Source: Lama guanicoe (taxonomy: Eukaryota). From it: DNA of 64,000 nucleotides. The notes under the pieces are model-generated. The model was not told the origin of the DNA. It saw only the letters and a program-made list of their open reading frames with translations, and made no database searches. Positions 13,676-26,673 of this stretch are shown one piece after another. Position 1 is the stretch's first letter; each line of letters begins with the position of its first letter. The DNA lies in the NCBI GenBank assembly GCA_013239625.1, contig MU054187.1, forward strand, positions 11,243,231-11,307,230, given 5' to 3'. The position numbers and the translations under genes are program-made.

Positions 13676-15961
13676 CATAACCTTAACATGTAATATATTT
13701 ATACAGATTCAAGTCCCAGGGGCTATACTTTTTAAATATTCTTTTAAAGAAGAATTTGTTAAGTTTAATTTTACTTTTTCAAATATAAGACTCTTGTCTC
13801 CAAAAAAAATAAATAAATAAAACCATTTAATATCTACCAATTTGAGGGAAATATTTGTTTTAATTAGCAAGATTCTTTTACTAAATAGAGAAACCAAAGT
13901 CAAAATTTCTCTTCCCAAATGAAAAAGTCATTAAATTGAAAAATTATCCTTCCATGAAAGATTAAGAATAAAATGGCTCCCAAGAACTTTATTAGTACAT
14001 TGTTAAATTGGCCACTAACAAGATTTTTTTTTCCACTCAGCTGAGAACAATTTCATTTTTCCATCAAACACTAGTGATGTTAGCTAGGTTTGAACTTCCT
14101 CCCTTTGGTGAGGTACATGGATTAATGTGTTGAAGCCCAGTGGTTTGGCAGTAGGTAGAGTCACCATCATGTTTATACTCGAGGCCCTTGAATTTCATTT
14201 TGAAAAAAGGAAAAAAACCCAAGGTGCTTAGATCTGGAAAACTGCAAACAGAAGTAGTCCAGCAAAATCAAATCCATTCATACGAAAAAAAAATCCTCTA
14301 TAATCAAAAGATATCATTTTAAGATCTCAAAGGTACAATTGTGTCCAAGTGCCTCCCACCTAGGACCTTCTGCTCTATCTCCAAGTGGACAGTACCCTCT
14401 ACGTTAAAAAACCTGGTTTCCTTATTTATTTTTGCATTCGGAATAATATGTCTGCCCATCTGTGACTTAGGCACTTTAAACGTGAAAAGGAAATTGGACA
14501 GAAGCAAAACTTGTCAATCTGTAAAATTAAACAATTCTTTCATGAAATTCTGATGGAGCATGCAACATTGTTTATTATGCAGTTTACTTTTAGTGACAGG
14601 CTCATCACTGTTTCTTTTGTGGTGCTAGGATGTTGCGGTCGGGTAGCAAAGGCAAGGGTGTGGGGAGGAGATGGATGGGATGTCTGGATTTGACCATTTT
14701 AACCAACGTTTTATTCTTGAAACTCTCCCACACTTTCTAACTAGGAACATTAAGTCTTCGTGCTCTGAAGAAACTAAAGTTCATTACTGCAACTTCATAG
14801 ACTTGGGAGAAAACTTCCTATTGATAGTCTAAGAGAACTGCCCAGAGTCAAACAGCTAAGAAATGGCAGAATTAGGATCAACTCAAAATCCAGCCTGCTT
14901 GTCACTATGTCTTTCTCTGACCACTATGCCTCTTTTTCCATTATTGGCTTCTCTTCATCTTTATATCACGTAACTAAGACTGGCTGGAAAATTCAGTTCT
15001 GAGTCTTTTCTTCAAAGATGATTAGATAAACCTGGGTGTTTTCCTTTACCCCAAATCTGTATTTCTCATGCTTTTTTTGCACCTGCATCACACTGCAAAT
15101 GAATGGTATATATCAATATATGGAGCCTAGCACGTGGAAAACACAAAACATTATTCTGCTCTCCAAATCAGCATTCCTTCCCACTGCTTTTTACTGCTAA
15201 TTTTATCAGTATTTCCCCAGTCACTTAAATTCATAACTGGAAGATGTTAAAAAGTGATGCTATTTGGGGAATCACAGCATGAGTTAAAGTTTTCAAAGAG
15301 CAGCAGAAGTTTAGTCTTTAAAATATTATGTTACAGATAATAGCGTCACAATAAAGTTGCAAATGGTTTCCCACATGCTTCAAAATAACTCCGTAATAAA
15401 ATCTTTCCAAATATTTTCCATAATGTCTCTCAAATTCAACCAAAGTATTGAGACTTTTTTTCCATCCTCACAGTCATTTCCCTTGCCTTTTCAGATTTTC
15501 ATGCCTAGCTTATGACAAATAGCCTGTTTTTCTTTCCTTTAGGCCAAGACCTAACTGGTGAGATGTCTGTTCTTAAAATCTTCTATTTCATCACTTCTTC
15601 ATTCAAGATCTTGCCCCTGGCTACGTTGTGCTCACCAGATCAAACTTAAAATTTTCAAACCTCCAAACTAACAACCTACTAGGAGAGCAGAAGGTTTACA
15701 GTCAGACAGACTTGGGTCTGAATATATATGTATATATGTCTATATATATGTGTGTGTGTAGTTTCTGTAAAATCAGGATAATAATATTAGCTGTACAGGG
15801 TTGTTCTGAGCATTAATGTAAGCCCCAGGCATATAGTAGGCACAAAATGATAATAAAAAAAACTATAAGAGTAACACAAACATTAAAAACATTCCCTTTG
15901 TACAAGACACTATGTTAAGTATTTTTCATATACTAGCTCAATTAATCCTTAAGAAAACCTC

Positions 15962-16472
15962 TGCAGTGGATAGGAAATACTGTTCATTGTTCCCCAGCGG
16001 CCATTCTCCCCTCTTCCATTGAGTAAGAACCCCTCCACCCCAAGTATTATCCAGGCACATGGGCGCCCAGCTTCAGAGCATACTTCCCAGCTTCCCTTGC
16101 TACTGGGTGCAGCCACAAAACTAACTTCCAGCTAATAGAATATAAACGGAAGTGATACGGACAACTTCCTGGTCACATTCTTCACAGAGAAGTCCTTCCC
16201 TCCTACTTCGTCTTCCACAATCTCCAGTGAGCTGGAGCATGCCATGGCTATTGTTGGTCAGATGAGGGCAACATTCGTGATGATGGTAAAGCAACAAGAG
16301 GGAAGAAACCTGGTTCCCCAAGACGTCCTCATGGAGCAGAGCTCCTTCCTAACCTGGGCTACCTCTTACCTCTAGCCTGCTAACTGAGACAGAGGGAAGC
16401 ATTATCGTGTCGGAGCCACTGTATTTTAGGGGGTTCCTTTGTTATAGCAACTTAGCCCATGACCTCCCTAAC
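15962..16472 (+). mobile_element. MaLR LTR (MLT1J/K/L-like) inserted into an antisense MIR
   Basis: acttcccagcttcccttgc, ggaagaaacctggttccc, gagccactgtatttt, gttatagcaacttagcc...taaca. MIR-like sequence lies on both sides (~15890-15961 and ~16473-16520). Confidence 0.75.
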
Positions 16473-17189
16473 AAAGGTAAGTACTATTATTAACTTTAAT
16501 TCACCAATAAGAAATCTGAAACCAATGCAAGAAATCTTGGGAAAGAAAAAGACAAAGCAAAGTAGATGTGGCTCTCAGAAGAGCACTCCTGAATCTGCGG
16601 GCAGGGAGGATGCTGAGACCTGCCCACACAGGGCTGATGGAGTCCAGCCAGGCAGTGGGGGGACCTGAGAAGCTGTGGCATGAAGTCAGCATGTGGACGG
16701 CTCGGTGGAGAAGGAGACCTGAGAACCATCGTTGAGGGCAAGTTTCACACGGTGATGTCACCCATTAAACGAAGCAACAAGCTTTTAGTCGCATTCGTAT
16801 TTAGCATCCAGGTTAGTCTGAGCATCTGCAGCTGCAATGGTGAGATTCAGCGGGAGGATTTAGCATCATGCCTGCTAGCCAAATTCGGTCCTCACCTCTA
16901 CTTTGGTTTTGCCAGTTTCTCTTATGTCGCTTTGTCTTTCCTCTGCCAGTCTGAATCCATCAGTTGTCCAGACTCACCTTTCTTAGCAAGCCTGATTTGC
17001 TTATATTCAATTCACCAGCAGAAGATTTAGGTCTTTAGTGGAGACGTCAACAAGGATTGCAGGACAATTATAGAAGACTGTCATTCAATGCCATCTAATA
17101 CAAAGTGAATCTCATTATGGCCGAGGAGACCTGCCGCCCTGCAGACCACTCATCACCTGTTCAGCAGCAAGCCTTTACTGACTGGCAAC

Positions 17190-17412
17190 ATCAACGTTTG
17201 ATTAAGAACAGGGAACTCTTCCAGTAACACTGCATCCTTCATAGTGTCCTCTGGGGGAGTTATCTGCCTTTCTGTGACTCGGTTTCCCTATTTGTAAATT
17301 GAGAAGTGTGCAGATTCACACAGGGCATTTATGAAGAACGCATGAACTATGTAAAAGCACTTAAAACAGTTCATAGCATGTATGGAGCTCTCAGTAAATG
17401 TTAGCTACTGCT
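17190..17412 (+). mobile_element. MIR SINE, followed by an antisense L2 tail (~17415-17620)
   Basis: ctgtgactcggtttccctatttgtaaattgag...tgtaaaagcacttaaaacagt...ctcagtaaatgttagcta; then atttattgagcacctgctgtgtgcca. Confidence 0.8.
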
Positions 17413-18085
17413 GTGATTTATTTATTGAGCACCTGCTGTGTGCCAAATCCTAAAGAAATATGGACATATCCATCATGGAGTGCACAGTCTAGTCAGAAAA
17501 GACAGCTACATCCACAAACGTAGGAAGGAATGCGCTCTGGGTGTGGGGATTCCATACAGAGCCTGGGGCATCACCGATGGCCGATCACCTCTCTTGTGTG
17601 TAGGTCATGAAGGGCCTCAGGGAGGACGCGCATCCCAAGCAGACACCACGGGGCACTTGGGGCTTCCTTCCTGACTTATTTGCCGAGTATGTTTATGAGG
17701 GCAATGGTGTCGTAGTTAGAACACTCAAGTCAGAGTTTATAAAAATGGTTTCTACTCCCAACTGTGGTGCACACTAATGACTGCAGCTCTAGGGGCAGAG
17801 AGGAAGCTACGCCAGGTCCCCACTGGGAAGAGGGTCCTGGTCGGCGGCAGGAGCCCCGTTGGTGCAGGCTGGACAAGAAGGGCATGAGTTGTCTCGCATT
17901 TACGGCTTTGCTTCACACAACATCAGGGTCAAGGCAGGTAAATGCTTCTGCGTGAATGTAACCTGGCAAAGGAGCCCAGTTTCACTACAGCATTAGGTGA
18001 TCCAAGTTGTATGTGTGCAAAAAACAGCTGAGTTGTTTCTTCTTAGTAAGTGATTGATTATAATAAGTAATGTAATCTTTTAAAA

Positions 18086-18260
18086 ATTTTTTATTGAAGT
18101 ATAGTTGGCGAACAATATTATATGTTACATGTGTGCAATTCACAATTTTTAAAGGTTAGACTCCATTTATAGTTATTATAAAATATTGCCTATATTCGTG
18201 TTGTACACTATATCCTTGTAGCTTATTTTATGCCTAATAGTTTGTGCCTCTTAATCCCCA
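18086..18260 (-). mobile_element. L1 3' end fragment (artiodactyl/laurasiatherian type)
   Basis: ttttttattgaagtatagttg...ccatttatagttattataaaatattg...gtttgtgcctcttaatcccc. Confidence 0.85.
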
Positions 18261-19477
18261 CAACTGGTTTTTAATGGTTTCAAACTGTGATTTGCTAGAA
18301 GCCAGTAAAAATTTCCAGGACCCAAGTAAGCTCGGTTGGTTTAAAAAGGCTGAACCTTTTCAAGATCATTCACAGTGTGACGAAGTGCTGACTACCCGGG
18401 ATTGCTCACAGGCTGCGAGGGGGTCAGACATCCTGCGCTGTGACATTCTTTAGTTGTGGCCTTGTCCGTCCAGTGCATAGGCGGCCTGTGAAGGAGGGCC
18501 ACCAGACAGAACACAAGAACCAGGCGGCAATCAAGGCTGCAGAAGGTCGGGCAAACTGATCTCTCTAGAAGATTAAGTCAAGGGACAAAGTTACTGCCAG
18601 TGGTCAGGAGACAGGGAGCAGTCACCAGGTCTAAGCATGAGAATCAGGCCAGACACGGGAAACACGAGGACCCAGACTGAAGGATCCGAAGCCCCAGCAC
18701 AGCGACAGGAACCTGGGGCCCAGGCCAGGGCTCTTCAACGCATCGTCTTCCATGCTTGCTGCCCGGGAAGGAAAGCCATCTGGATTCAGGATTAAGCTGG
18801 GAAGAAGTTCCCTCTTGTAAGAGAGTGAGAACAGTGTCTCCTGGTAAACCCAGAGATCCCGGGAGAAGACAGGCATCAGAGACCACGATGGATCGGTTCT
18901 AACAGATAATTTGCAGTTTTAAAAGTAGAGGCAATGTGCCACAATATAGACAACATTGTGCTTGTTTGTTTAAAAAAAAATTGCTGGTGAATTATTTTAT
19001 CTTTTCTTTTTTTTTCCCCCAGTGGACCACGACTACTGCTTTGATTAAGCATGACCTATTATTGATAGAAGTCCCCTAGGGTGAAGTAATGGTACCTAGG
19101 AGCCATTTAAAACATGTGTACTCACATTTGGCTGCAAGAAAGGCACGGTAGGATAGAAGCTCATCATTTCCAAGAGGAGCTATGTGATTTTCCTCTTCAA
19201 ATAGAGTTCCAGCTTTTCCACGGGTCAGGTGCACTTCTGTGGGGCTGGGTTATCTGGTTTCCCTTCTTGCTCCTAAAATGATATGCACGTAATATGTTCT
19301 CTGAAAACAATTTGCATAATATCTGCTCCCTTTAGTTTTTTCTGTCCTGCAGGAGACGATCTACCTAAGAAAAGAAAATAAAGAAGTAAACAAGGGTGTT
19401 TATGTTGACCATTCAAACCCACAAGAAGTACACTTTTTCTCAATTTTCAAGTGATTTCAGGTGAAAATTGAAATCTA

Positions 19478-19608
19478 CAGGCTATATACATTGTCACTCA
19501 AACAGGGACACTTCCGAGAGTTAAAAGGGGGAGCTGTTGATCATTATGCTGGGTGACAGGCAGATAAACCAGGATTAAATTAGGCAAGTAGGATGCAGGC
19601 TCACCCCA
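19478..19608 (+). mobile_element. MER81-like hAT-Blackjack MITE
   Basis: caaacagggacacttccgagagttaaaagggggagctgtt...ataaaccaggatt...ctcacccc. Confidence 0.75.
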
Positions 19609-19624
19609 CTCACAAATCAAGAGA

Positions 19625-20295
19625 AGTAGTTCAGATCTTTCTGTGTATAATAGGAAGGCATCGAAGTGTTTTAAGTAAAGATGACATGATCTAATTTCTA
19701 TTTTAGAAGGTTATTCTTGTGGAATGGGAGATGTCAGAGTGGAAGAACAAAACCAGACCTCAGACTTTCAATTTATCAGTTAAGTGATAATAGTGGCTTT
19801 GATTTAGTGGCGATAGTGAAAATGGAAAGAAGGGGGAGGGTTTTCAAAATGATAAATGAGGGGAGAAAGAAAAATGAAACCTAGGTTTGTGGCCTGAGGT
19901 GGAGGATGGTGCCAGGAGTTAATGTAGAGACCACCGGAAGAGGAAGGGGTGAGGGCAGAGAAGGAGAGCAGAGCTGTGCACTGGATGTGTTGGCCTTGAC
20001 GTGCCCGTGTGACGCACAGGTGAACTTACCCATTGTCAGTCAGACAGCAGATCCAGACCTCAGAGGTGATACCCACACCGTAGATGCAGAACTTAGGAAT
20101 CATCAGCCTTTAGCTGTCATTTAAAGCCCTTCTACTATCTGAAATCTTCTAGACACAGGAAACTGAAAAAGGAAAAGAAGGGAGATGGAAGGAGAGAAGG
20201 AGGAAAGGAGGGGAGACAAGGGCTCAGGACTGGATGTAGGTGTGCCTTAAATTTTAAAGGTTGACAAAGGTGGAAAAGCCATCAAAGGAAAGTGA
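19625..20295 (-). mobile_element. L2 LINE fragment
   Basis: gaagtgttttaagtaaagatgacatgatctaattt, aggtttgtggcctgag, cacccgtagatgcagaacttaggaatcatcagc, gggctcaggactg. Confidence 0.7.
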
Positions 20296-20439
20296 TCAGC
20301 ATGTTGGGTCAACAGAGGGCTTGTTTTGTTTGTTTCGATTTTGTGTCTGCTTTTAGAGACGGAGGCACAAGCATGCTGATGGACATGATCCAGCAGAGAG
20401 AACACAGGAGATGACTTAGGAGAGAGGGAAGTAAACTAA

Positions 20440-20733
20440 CATACTTAGAAAAGCAATCAAGTCCCACCAGACTCTTACACACTGTGGGTCCACTGGATGT
20501 CTGCATTGCTGGGCAGGAAGAAGGCTGCATGAGGATGGAGTGGCAGTAATTAGCAGACACATTACAGGTGTCTCCTCTATTCACATGCAGGCTCCACTGT
20601 TCCTTACAAAACACAAGTTCAAATGTAAAATTATTAACAATTGCAAGGTGGCAACAGCAGAGCACCAAACCAAGAGCTTCTAAGAATGAGGCCCCAGGTA
20701 ACCACACAGGTCATGTACTCATGAAGCTGGACT
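20440..20733 (-). mobile_element. MER45-family hAT-Tip100 element fragment
   Basis: aaaacacaagttcaaatgtaaaattattaacaattgcaaggtggcaacagcagagcaccaaaccaag...catgaagctgg is an antisense MER45 terminus. Confidence 0.75.
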
Positions 20734-21522
20734 TAAAAACAGATGTGGCCACCCACGGAAAGTACTGGCCATATGGTTCTGAATTGGCCCAAGACATGGC
20801 ATGGTTGGAAACCTTTTCTCATCTTTCTTAGGATTCCCATGTGGCTTAAACAAAAATACCAGACACACCTGATCAAAATGTGTAGGCTGAAATACAGCCA
20901 TAAAATATACAGGTCAAAAATACACCACCTACAAGCTGCATTACAAGGAGTCCATGGTACAGCTTCTGCATAAAATACAGTGCATTACCTCTCACAAATA
21001 TATCTTCTGTACTTAACAGAAGTTTTAGACAAAGTAAAAACAATATCCTGCACGGCACTGAATATAACTCACGTGATAATTAAATGGTCTTAATTTTTTA
21101 AATACGCATTTTTATGTCTCATCTTTATTTCATGGGCAGAAAGCTCATCCAGACGGTCAGCTTCCACACTGGACACCTGGGAGCCCTAACCTTTTCCTTC
21201 ATGACCCTGCTGTTCTGTTTCAGCAATTTCGAAGTATGCGTCAGCCACCAACGGTTTGCCCAGCCAGCCCCATCTGTGTTGTGGTTTCTGAAGTTCTTCC
21301 CAGTGTCTGGCCATTCATCTTCTGATATTCCTAGTTTCCAGCGTTGCTGGACCTCTGCGTCAGTTTTTATGCTTCCAAGACCATTCAGTGGGAGGGGCAG
21401 GAAGGGCAAATCAGCGAGTTGCCTCTGGTGCCAATAAATCCACCTGCTATATTGTCATTTAAAAACAAAGTCACGGATTTTCTGGTTGCATACTGCATAC
21501 TCCGTTAGAATACTGATTTGCT

Positions 21523-21523
21523 A

Positions 21524-21556
<33 letters not shown>

Positions 21557-21566
21557 CACACACACA
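21523..21566. repeat. imperfect (CA)n microsatellite
   Basis: Directly visible. Confidence 0.95.
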
Positions 21567-21689
21567 AATTAGATATCACGCGTGTGGGTGACACTGACTC
21601 AAGGATACAATGAGGATTATGCTCAAGTCACCAACCTCACCAGCCGCTACTGTGTGTTGGTTCTACGGTAGGAGTTAAATTCCCTGCTT

Positions 21690-22335
21690 TAACGCCATAA
21701 GACACAAATATATTAAAACATAGCGTGCCAGGAGTTGGAAGTGTTATTAAAAATTAAACAGGGGTGAGGGTTAGAGGGGATTATGGGAGGCGGGGTGCTC
21801 TTTTAGGTAGAGTCACCATGGACATCCATTCTGAAGGGGTGGCATTAGAGAAGAGACTGGAAGGAAGTGAGGAAGCAGGCACAGAGGCATCTAGGGGGAA
21901 TGAGCTCAGAGGGAAAGAGGGCAAAGGATCGGAGGCAGGAGCTCAAGTGTCTGAGGAAGAATGAGGAAGCCAGCGGCCCTGGAGGACAGTAGGAGGAGAT
22001 GGGGTTTGAGGTTTCTTTTCATTGTGATTAAGATAAGAATCCATCGGAATATTCACAGCAAGGAGAGGTGTGAGCTATTCCTCCTGAGTGAATGGGAGGC
22101 CAAGGGCTGAGGCAGGGGGACCACCAGGAGAAAGCTGCTGCAATGGACAGGGAGAAAGACGATGGGAGCTGGCACCAGGGCAGCAGTGGGGGCGACAGTG
22201 AGGTGTGGTCAGATTTGGGATGTCACCTGTTGGATTTTCTGATAAATTAGATTTGAGGTATAGGTGAAAGAGAACTGTCAAGGATGACACCAAGTTTTCA
22301 GCCCAAAGAACTAGACGAATAGAATCACCAACTAC
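21690..22335 (-). mobile_element. L2 LINE fragment
   Basis: agagactggaaggaagtgaggaagc, caaggagaggtgtga, ggattttctgataaattagatttgagg, gtcaaggatgacaccaagttttcagccc. Confidence 0.8.
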
Positions 22336-22715
22336 TGTTAATTGTACAATTTTTCCTCCTATATCAAGAAATTCTGTCATAATGCGAGTGAGCATTTGGT
22401 ATGATGATAATGGACAACTTGAAGTTAATTCTAATTTACAAGATAAAAAAGCATTTTCAAATTTTTATTTTCTTGACTATGAAGCAATAAACTACACATA
22501 ATAAACCTCACCATTGACAGTTGTCACCCCAGTGGCCATAACTCCACATTTAGATTTTTCTGCATGTTCTTTTATTTGAAGACTTAAAGAATAAACAGGC
22601 ATTCTGTGTTTCCCAAATGCAAACTTATTTTAAGCTATTGTTTTAACTGGAAACTAGTTTGGAGAACACTGAGTGTGTTTTTGTAAAGATACATAATCAG
22701 CCAAGATTTATAAAA

Positions 22716-22830
22716 AGAGTGATCCTGTGATTCATCATCCAAACGGACATTTTTAAGTATGAAAGGGGGTGTCATAAGAATTACGCTGTAATACTGGACA
22801 TAAACAAGGATGGTCGCAGGCAGTCTGGCT
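22716..22830 (+). mobile_element. MER81-like MITE (second copy)
   Basis: agagtgatcctgtgattcatcatccaaacggacatttttaagtatgaaagggggtgtc, homologous to 19478-19608. Confidence 0.65.
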
Positions 22831-23619
22831 AAGGAGTGTGGGCAGAAGAGACCCAAGAGCTAACGAGGTGGTAAGCCAGTTCCAAAAGGGTGATCTGCTG
22901 CAGGGGCCGCGGTGCGTGACAAACCAGACTTGATATGATCCTGGCTGGTTTTGCAGCACGAGATGATTTACCGTAACGGTGGGGCCGGGCGAAAGAGTCT
23001 CTAAGCGGAGGCAGTCGTGAAGATCGGATGGCAGGAGAACTGTCTGGTTCGGTGCAATACAGCGTGGAGCAGAGAGAATGGAAACTGTGATATCAGCATC
23101 TAGCTAAGAAAGCTAAGATCCAGGACAAGGCTGCGTCCCAGCCGCGGTCAGGGAACCCGAGAAGTGCAGTCCCTGCCGCTGTGCGCCCGAGGGTCGCAGC
23201 CCCGTGAGGAGCCCCCCATGTGGCCTAAGGCACTTAAATTGTCCCAAACCTCACCTAGTTATGGGAGGTGGTGACATTCTTAGTGCTCTATTTTCCACGT
23301 CTCAAGGAACCTTAAGAAAGCTGGAGGCTCGAAGAGGAATAATGCCGGAAAGAGACCCACCATCTACACCATTCTACACGCAAGGAAATAACAAGACGTG
23401 GATACATACCTATGAAAAGTCAAAGGCTGCCATCAAAGGGCAGTTAAAATTGGTGTTAGGATTTTCAAACAAACAAAAAGCATAGAGAAAAAAATAACAC
23501 CAATCAGTTTTGCCAAATATATAGAGATACATTTTGCAGTGTTTGCTTTAAATCGCTTATTTGCCTCTAAGTAAGACACGACAGAATGCAGCTAAATTCC
23601 GCTGTTTATCCACCCCGAC

Positions 23620-24085
23620 CCATCGTATTTCCCTTCCTCCTGGCCCAGATGTAACCGCTATCCAGAACTGGACGTTGCTTGTTCCCATGCACATTTTTTA
23701 TGCTAACTATGAATTATACATTAAAATACACTATTGTTGTACAAGTTTTAAAACTCTATTTAAATCATGTCATATTATTTGTAGTACTCTGCAACTTGTT
23801 CATTCTTACCACATTATGTTTTTGAGTTATATCCATTTTGATGACATAACTCTCATTTATTATTTCAATATCTGAAATTTCATTGTATGAGAACACCAGA
23901 CTACACACACACACACACACACACATACAAACACACACACACACACAGATAGATGAGAGATAGATATAAAAACTATTGTTCTGTCAATGGCTGTTTAGGT
24001 TGTTTCTAATTATTCGCTATTACAAAGAATATTGCAATGAAGATGTCTACATGGTTCTCCTTGTGCCCCCAGGAGAGGTTTTCTT
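23620..24085 (-). mobile_element. old L1M(E) 3' fragment with an internal (CA)n at ~23902-23946
   Basis: gcaacttgttcattc...ttttgagttatatccattttga...ttcattgtatga; tttaggttgtttcta...ctattacaaagaatattgcaatgaa. Confidence 0.7.
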
Positions 24086-24087
24086 AA

Positions 24088-24705
24088 GCAATATTTCCCG
24101 ATGGGGCAGGATAGCCCCCAGGGGACCATTCAACATTTTGTTGGGATTTTGGTTGTCACAATGATTGGGTGGCACTTCTGCCATTTCCTGGGCTGAAACC
24201 AAGAGAGCTCAAACTTGTTCCATATCCTCGAGCAGGACTTTTGTGTAAATGAAAAACCCATTTATAAGTAATCCGTGCCTAGAACCTTACTCCACGGCAT
24301 ACGTATAACTTTTCTGGGTGTTCCATAGAACTGCTGTGTAAAGTGAGGAAAGGTTATGTTTTGTTCACGGCCTCATTCATAGTTGTTTGCCATTTCGGAG
24401 AATTACGTCACCCACAGTAACGTAACTTTTGAGCAGCCAGAACAGCAGCCTGCGTTTTTAAAAGTCCCGTTCACGGGATGGAGGAAGGCACGCACCGCCT
24501 CATTATTTCTTTCGGTTTAGTGGTTCCCAAGCACGTACCTAATGAAATACACATTTTACTGTGTGACTTTAATTCTCCTTAACGTTTACGTAATGGGGTT
24601 GGATTCACTTTTATCCAGAATCAAAAAGAGGATGAGGCTGAGGGTGCTACAAAATGTTTGTTACAAAAAGACAGCGTTGGATCTGACAGGCACAGAGTCA
24701 TTACC
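24088..24705 (+). mobile_element. MER20B-like hAT-Charlie element
   Basis: ttttggttgtcacaatgattgggtggcac...gaaaaacccatttataag...gcctagaacc...ccatttcggagaattacgtcacc...tacaaaatgtttgttacaaaaag...gcgttggatctgacagg. Confidence 0.8.
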
Positions 24706-24834
24706 ACAGTGTCTATGCCGCACCGCAACTACCAAGGACACCCTTGGCCTTACTGTTCTTTACCAAGTTTCCTTCTAGGGGGGGTTCTGCTGGGTTTTTG
24801 TTCCGTTTTTAGTACTTATTTATTTGTTTGTTTG

Positions 24835-25282
24835 TTTGTTTTCTTCCAGTTGTCTTGAGACACAGTTGACCAGCAGCCCTGCGTGAGGTTAATGTGTGCA
24901 GCGTAATGAAGTTTGGTGACTCTGTCTTCTCGTATAGACACAAAAGAAAAGGAAAAGAAAGAATGTTTTTTCCTTAGAATGAGAACTTACTCTCTTGACA
25001 ATTTTCCTATCTAACATACAGCAGTGTTCATGGTATTAATAGCGTTATACATGACCTCCCTGGTACTTACTTATCTTCTAACTGGAAATGTGTACCTTTA
25101 GACCCCCTTCATCCAGTCCCCTCCCACCCCCGCCGCTAGGAACCACACATCTGATCTCTCTTTCTGTGAGTTTATGTGCTTGTTTCTTGAGGAGTAGCTG
25201 ACCTACAACCCTACTTTAGTTCCTGGTGCACAACCCAGTGATTTGACATCTCCATGAATTACAACACGATCACCACCACAAC
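24835..25282 (-). mobile_element. L1 3' end fragment (L1MA9/artiodactyl-like)
   Basis: ttgagacacagttgac, tgagaacttactctcttgacaattt, cttatcttctaactggaaatgtgtaccttt, accacacatctgatctctctttctgtgagttt. Confidence 0.75.
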
Positions 25283-25299
25283 AGGAGCTGGACTGGCTG

Positions 25300-26270
25300 A
25301 CAACCCCACCAGCAGAGGCTGAGATCTTTGTTCCACAGGCTTGACAACTCCTGCATTGCCACTTTCTAGAAATTACTGCCTACCTAATGGGGACAACATA
25401 CACTCTGATGTTGGTTAACTTGCATTTCCCTGATACCAGCAAGGCTGAGAATCAATGACATATGTTTGTGAGCCTCTCGGGGTTCTTCGTCTGAGAATCT
25501 CTGGTTCACATCATTCACTCACTTTTCTCCAACTGTTTTTATACATTCCAGACCTAAGAGTTTTTTCATTATATGCTTTACTAATGTCCACCACTCCCTG
25601 GAACATCTTTTCACTTTGATTCGGATGGCTTTTATTCTATGCAAGTTTTTCATTTTAATGAAAACAGATTCATCAAAATACTTCTTTTTCTGTCTCCTTT
25701 TTTAAATCTTTTTTTACTTTAAGACTAAATTTCTACCCAAAGCATTAACACTTTGCTTTTTACATACATGTCTTTAAGTGGCCTGGGGTTTATTTTTGTG
25801 ATTAGGATGAGGTAGGAATCTAATTGTTTCTTGATGAAATATATAACTCTCCCCAGCATTATGTACTGAATCACCCATCCTTCCCCATTTGTAATACTTC
25901 TCCTGTCAAACATACACAGATTTGTTCCTGAACCCTCTCTTTTGTTGATGAGTTTGTTTTTCTAGTCCAGAAACAATACCACCATCTTATTTGGTTCAGC
26001 TTTATAACACGTATCAGTATTTGGCAGGACAAATTCCCCTGCTGGTTCTATGACCCATCTTCAAAATTATATAGGCTCTTCTTAATTCTTTGTTTTTCCA
26101 TATGAATGTTAAGGTCTGCTGGTCACGTTCCATGGGAAATCTCTAGGAATCTTCATTGGAAATGATACATATGGAAAAAAGTGACATCTTTGTAAAACTA
26201 AGCTGTTCCATTTGTACATTTGTACCACTTTCCCTTCAATCAAGTCTTCATTTACATTGTGGCAGGTTCT
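25300..26270 (-). mobile_element. old L1M fragments
   Basis: ttgcatttccctgat...aggctgag, aagtttttcattttaatg, tgaggtaggaatctaatt, ccagcattatgtactgaat, ttccatatgaatgttaag. Confidence 0.7.
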
Positions 26271-26457
26271 GCTACTTGCCTTCCCAACAAAAGTCTTTCT
26301 TCTCTTCCTTAGTAAAAAAATACAAATATTTTTCAGAGACGACACCAAGTCTAGGCTCAGGTGATGAACACCTGGTTGACGTTCAACCAACGTCACCTAC
26401 CTACTCTCATCACCCCGTGGTCCACCATTTAGTAACCACAGCAAAATAAAGCTCTAT

Positions 26458-26673
26458 ACAGGGGTCAGCAAACGACAGGCCACAGGCCAGATCTCTCCCA
26501 CTTCCTGTTTCTGTAGAGAAGCTCTTCTTGGAACACAGCCATTGCCCATCTATTTACAAGTTGTCTATATCTATGTCACACCACAGCAACAAATGTGACC
26601 AGCTGCATCAGAGTCTGACCAGAGGCCACCGAAGCCTACCTCGCCCTTTTATGGAAGAAGTTTGTCAACCCCG
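26458..26673 (+). mobile_element. MER58A hAT-Charlie MITE
   Basis: Termini caggggtcagcaaac ... gtttgtcaaccccg; internal ttggaacacagcca. Confidence 0.85.
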
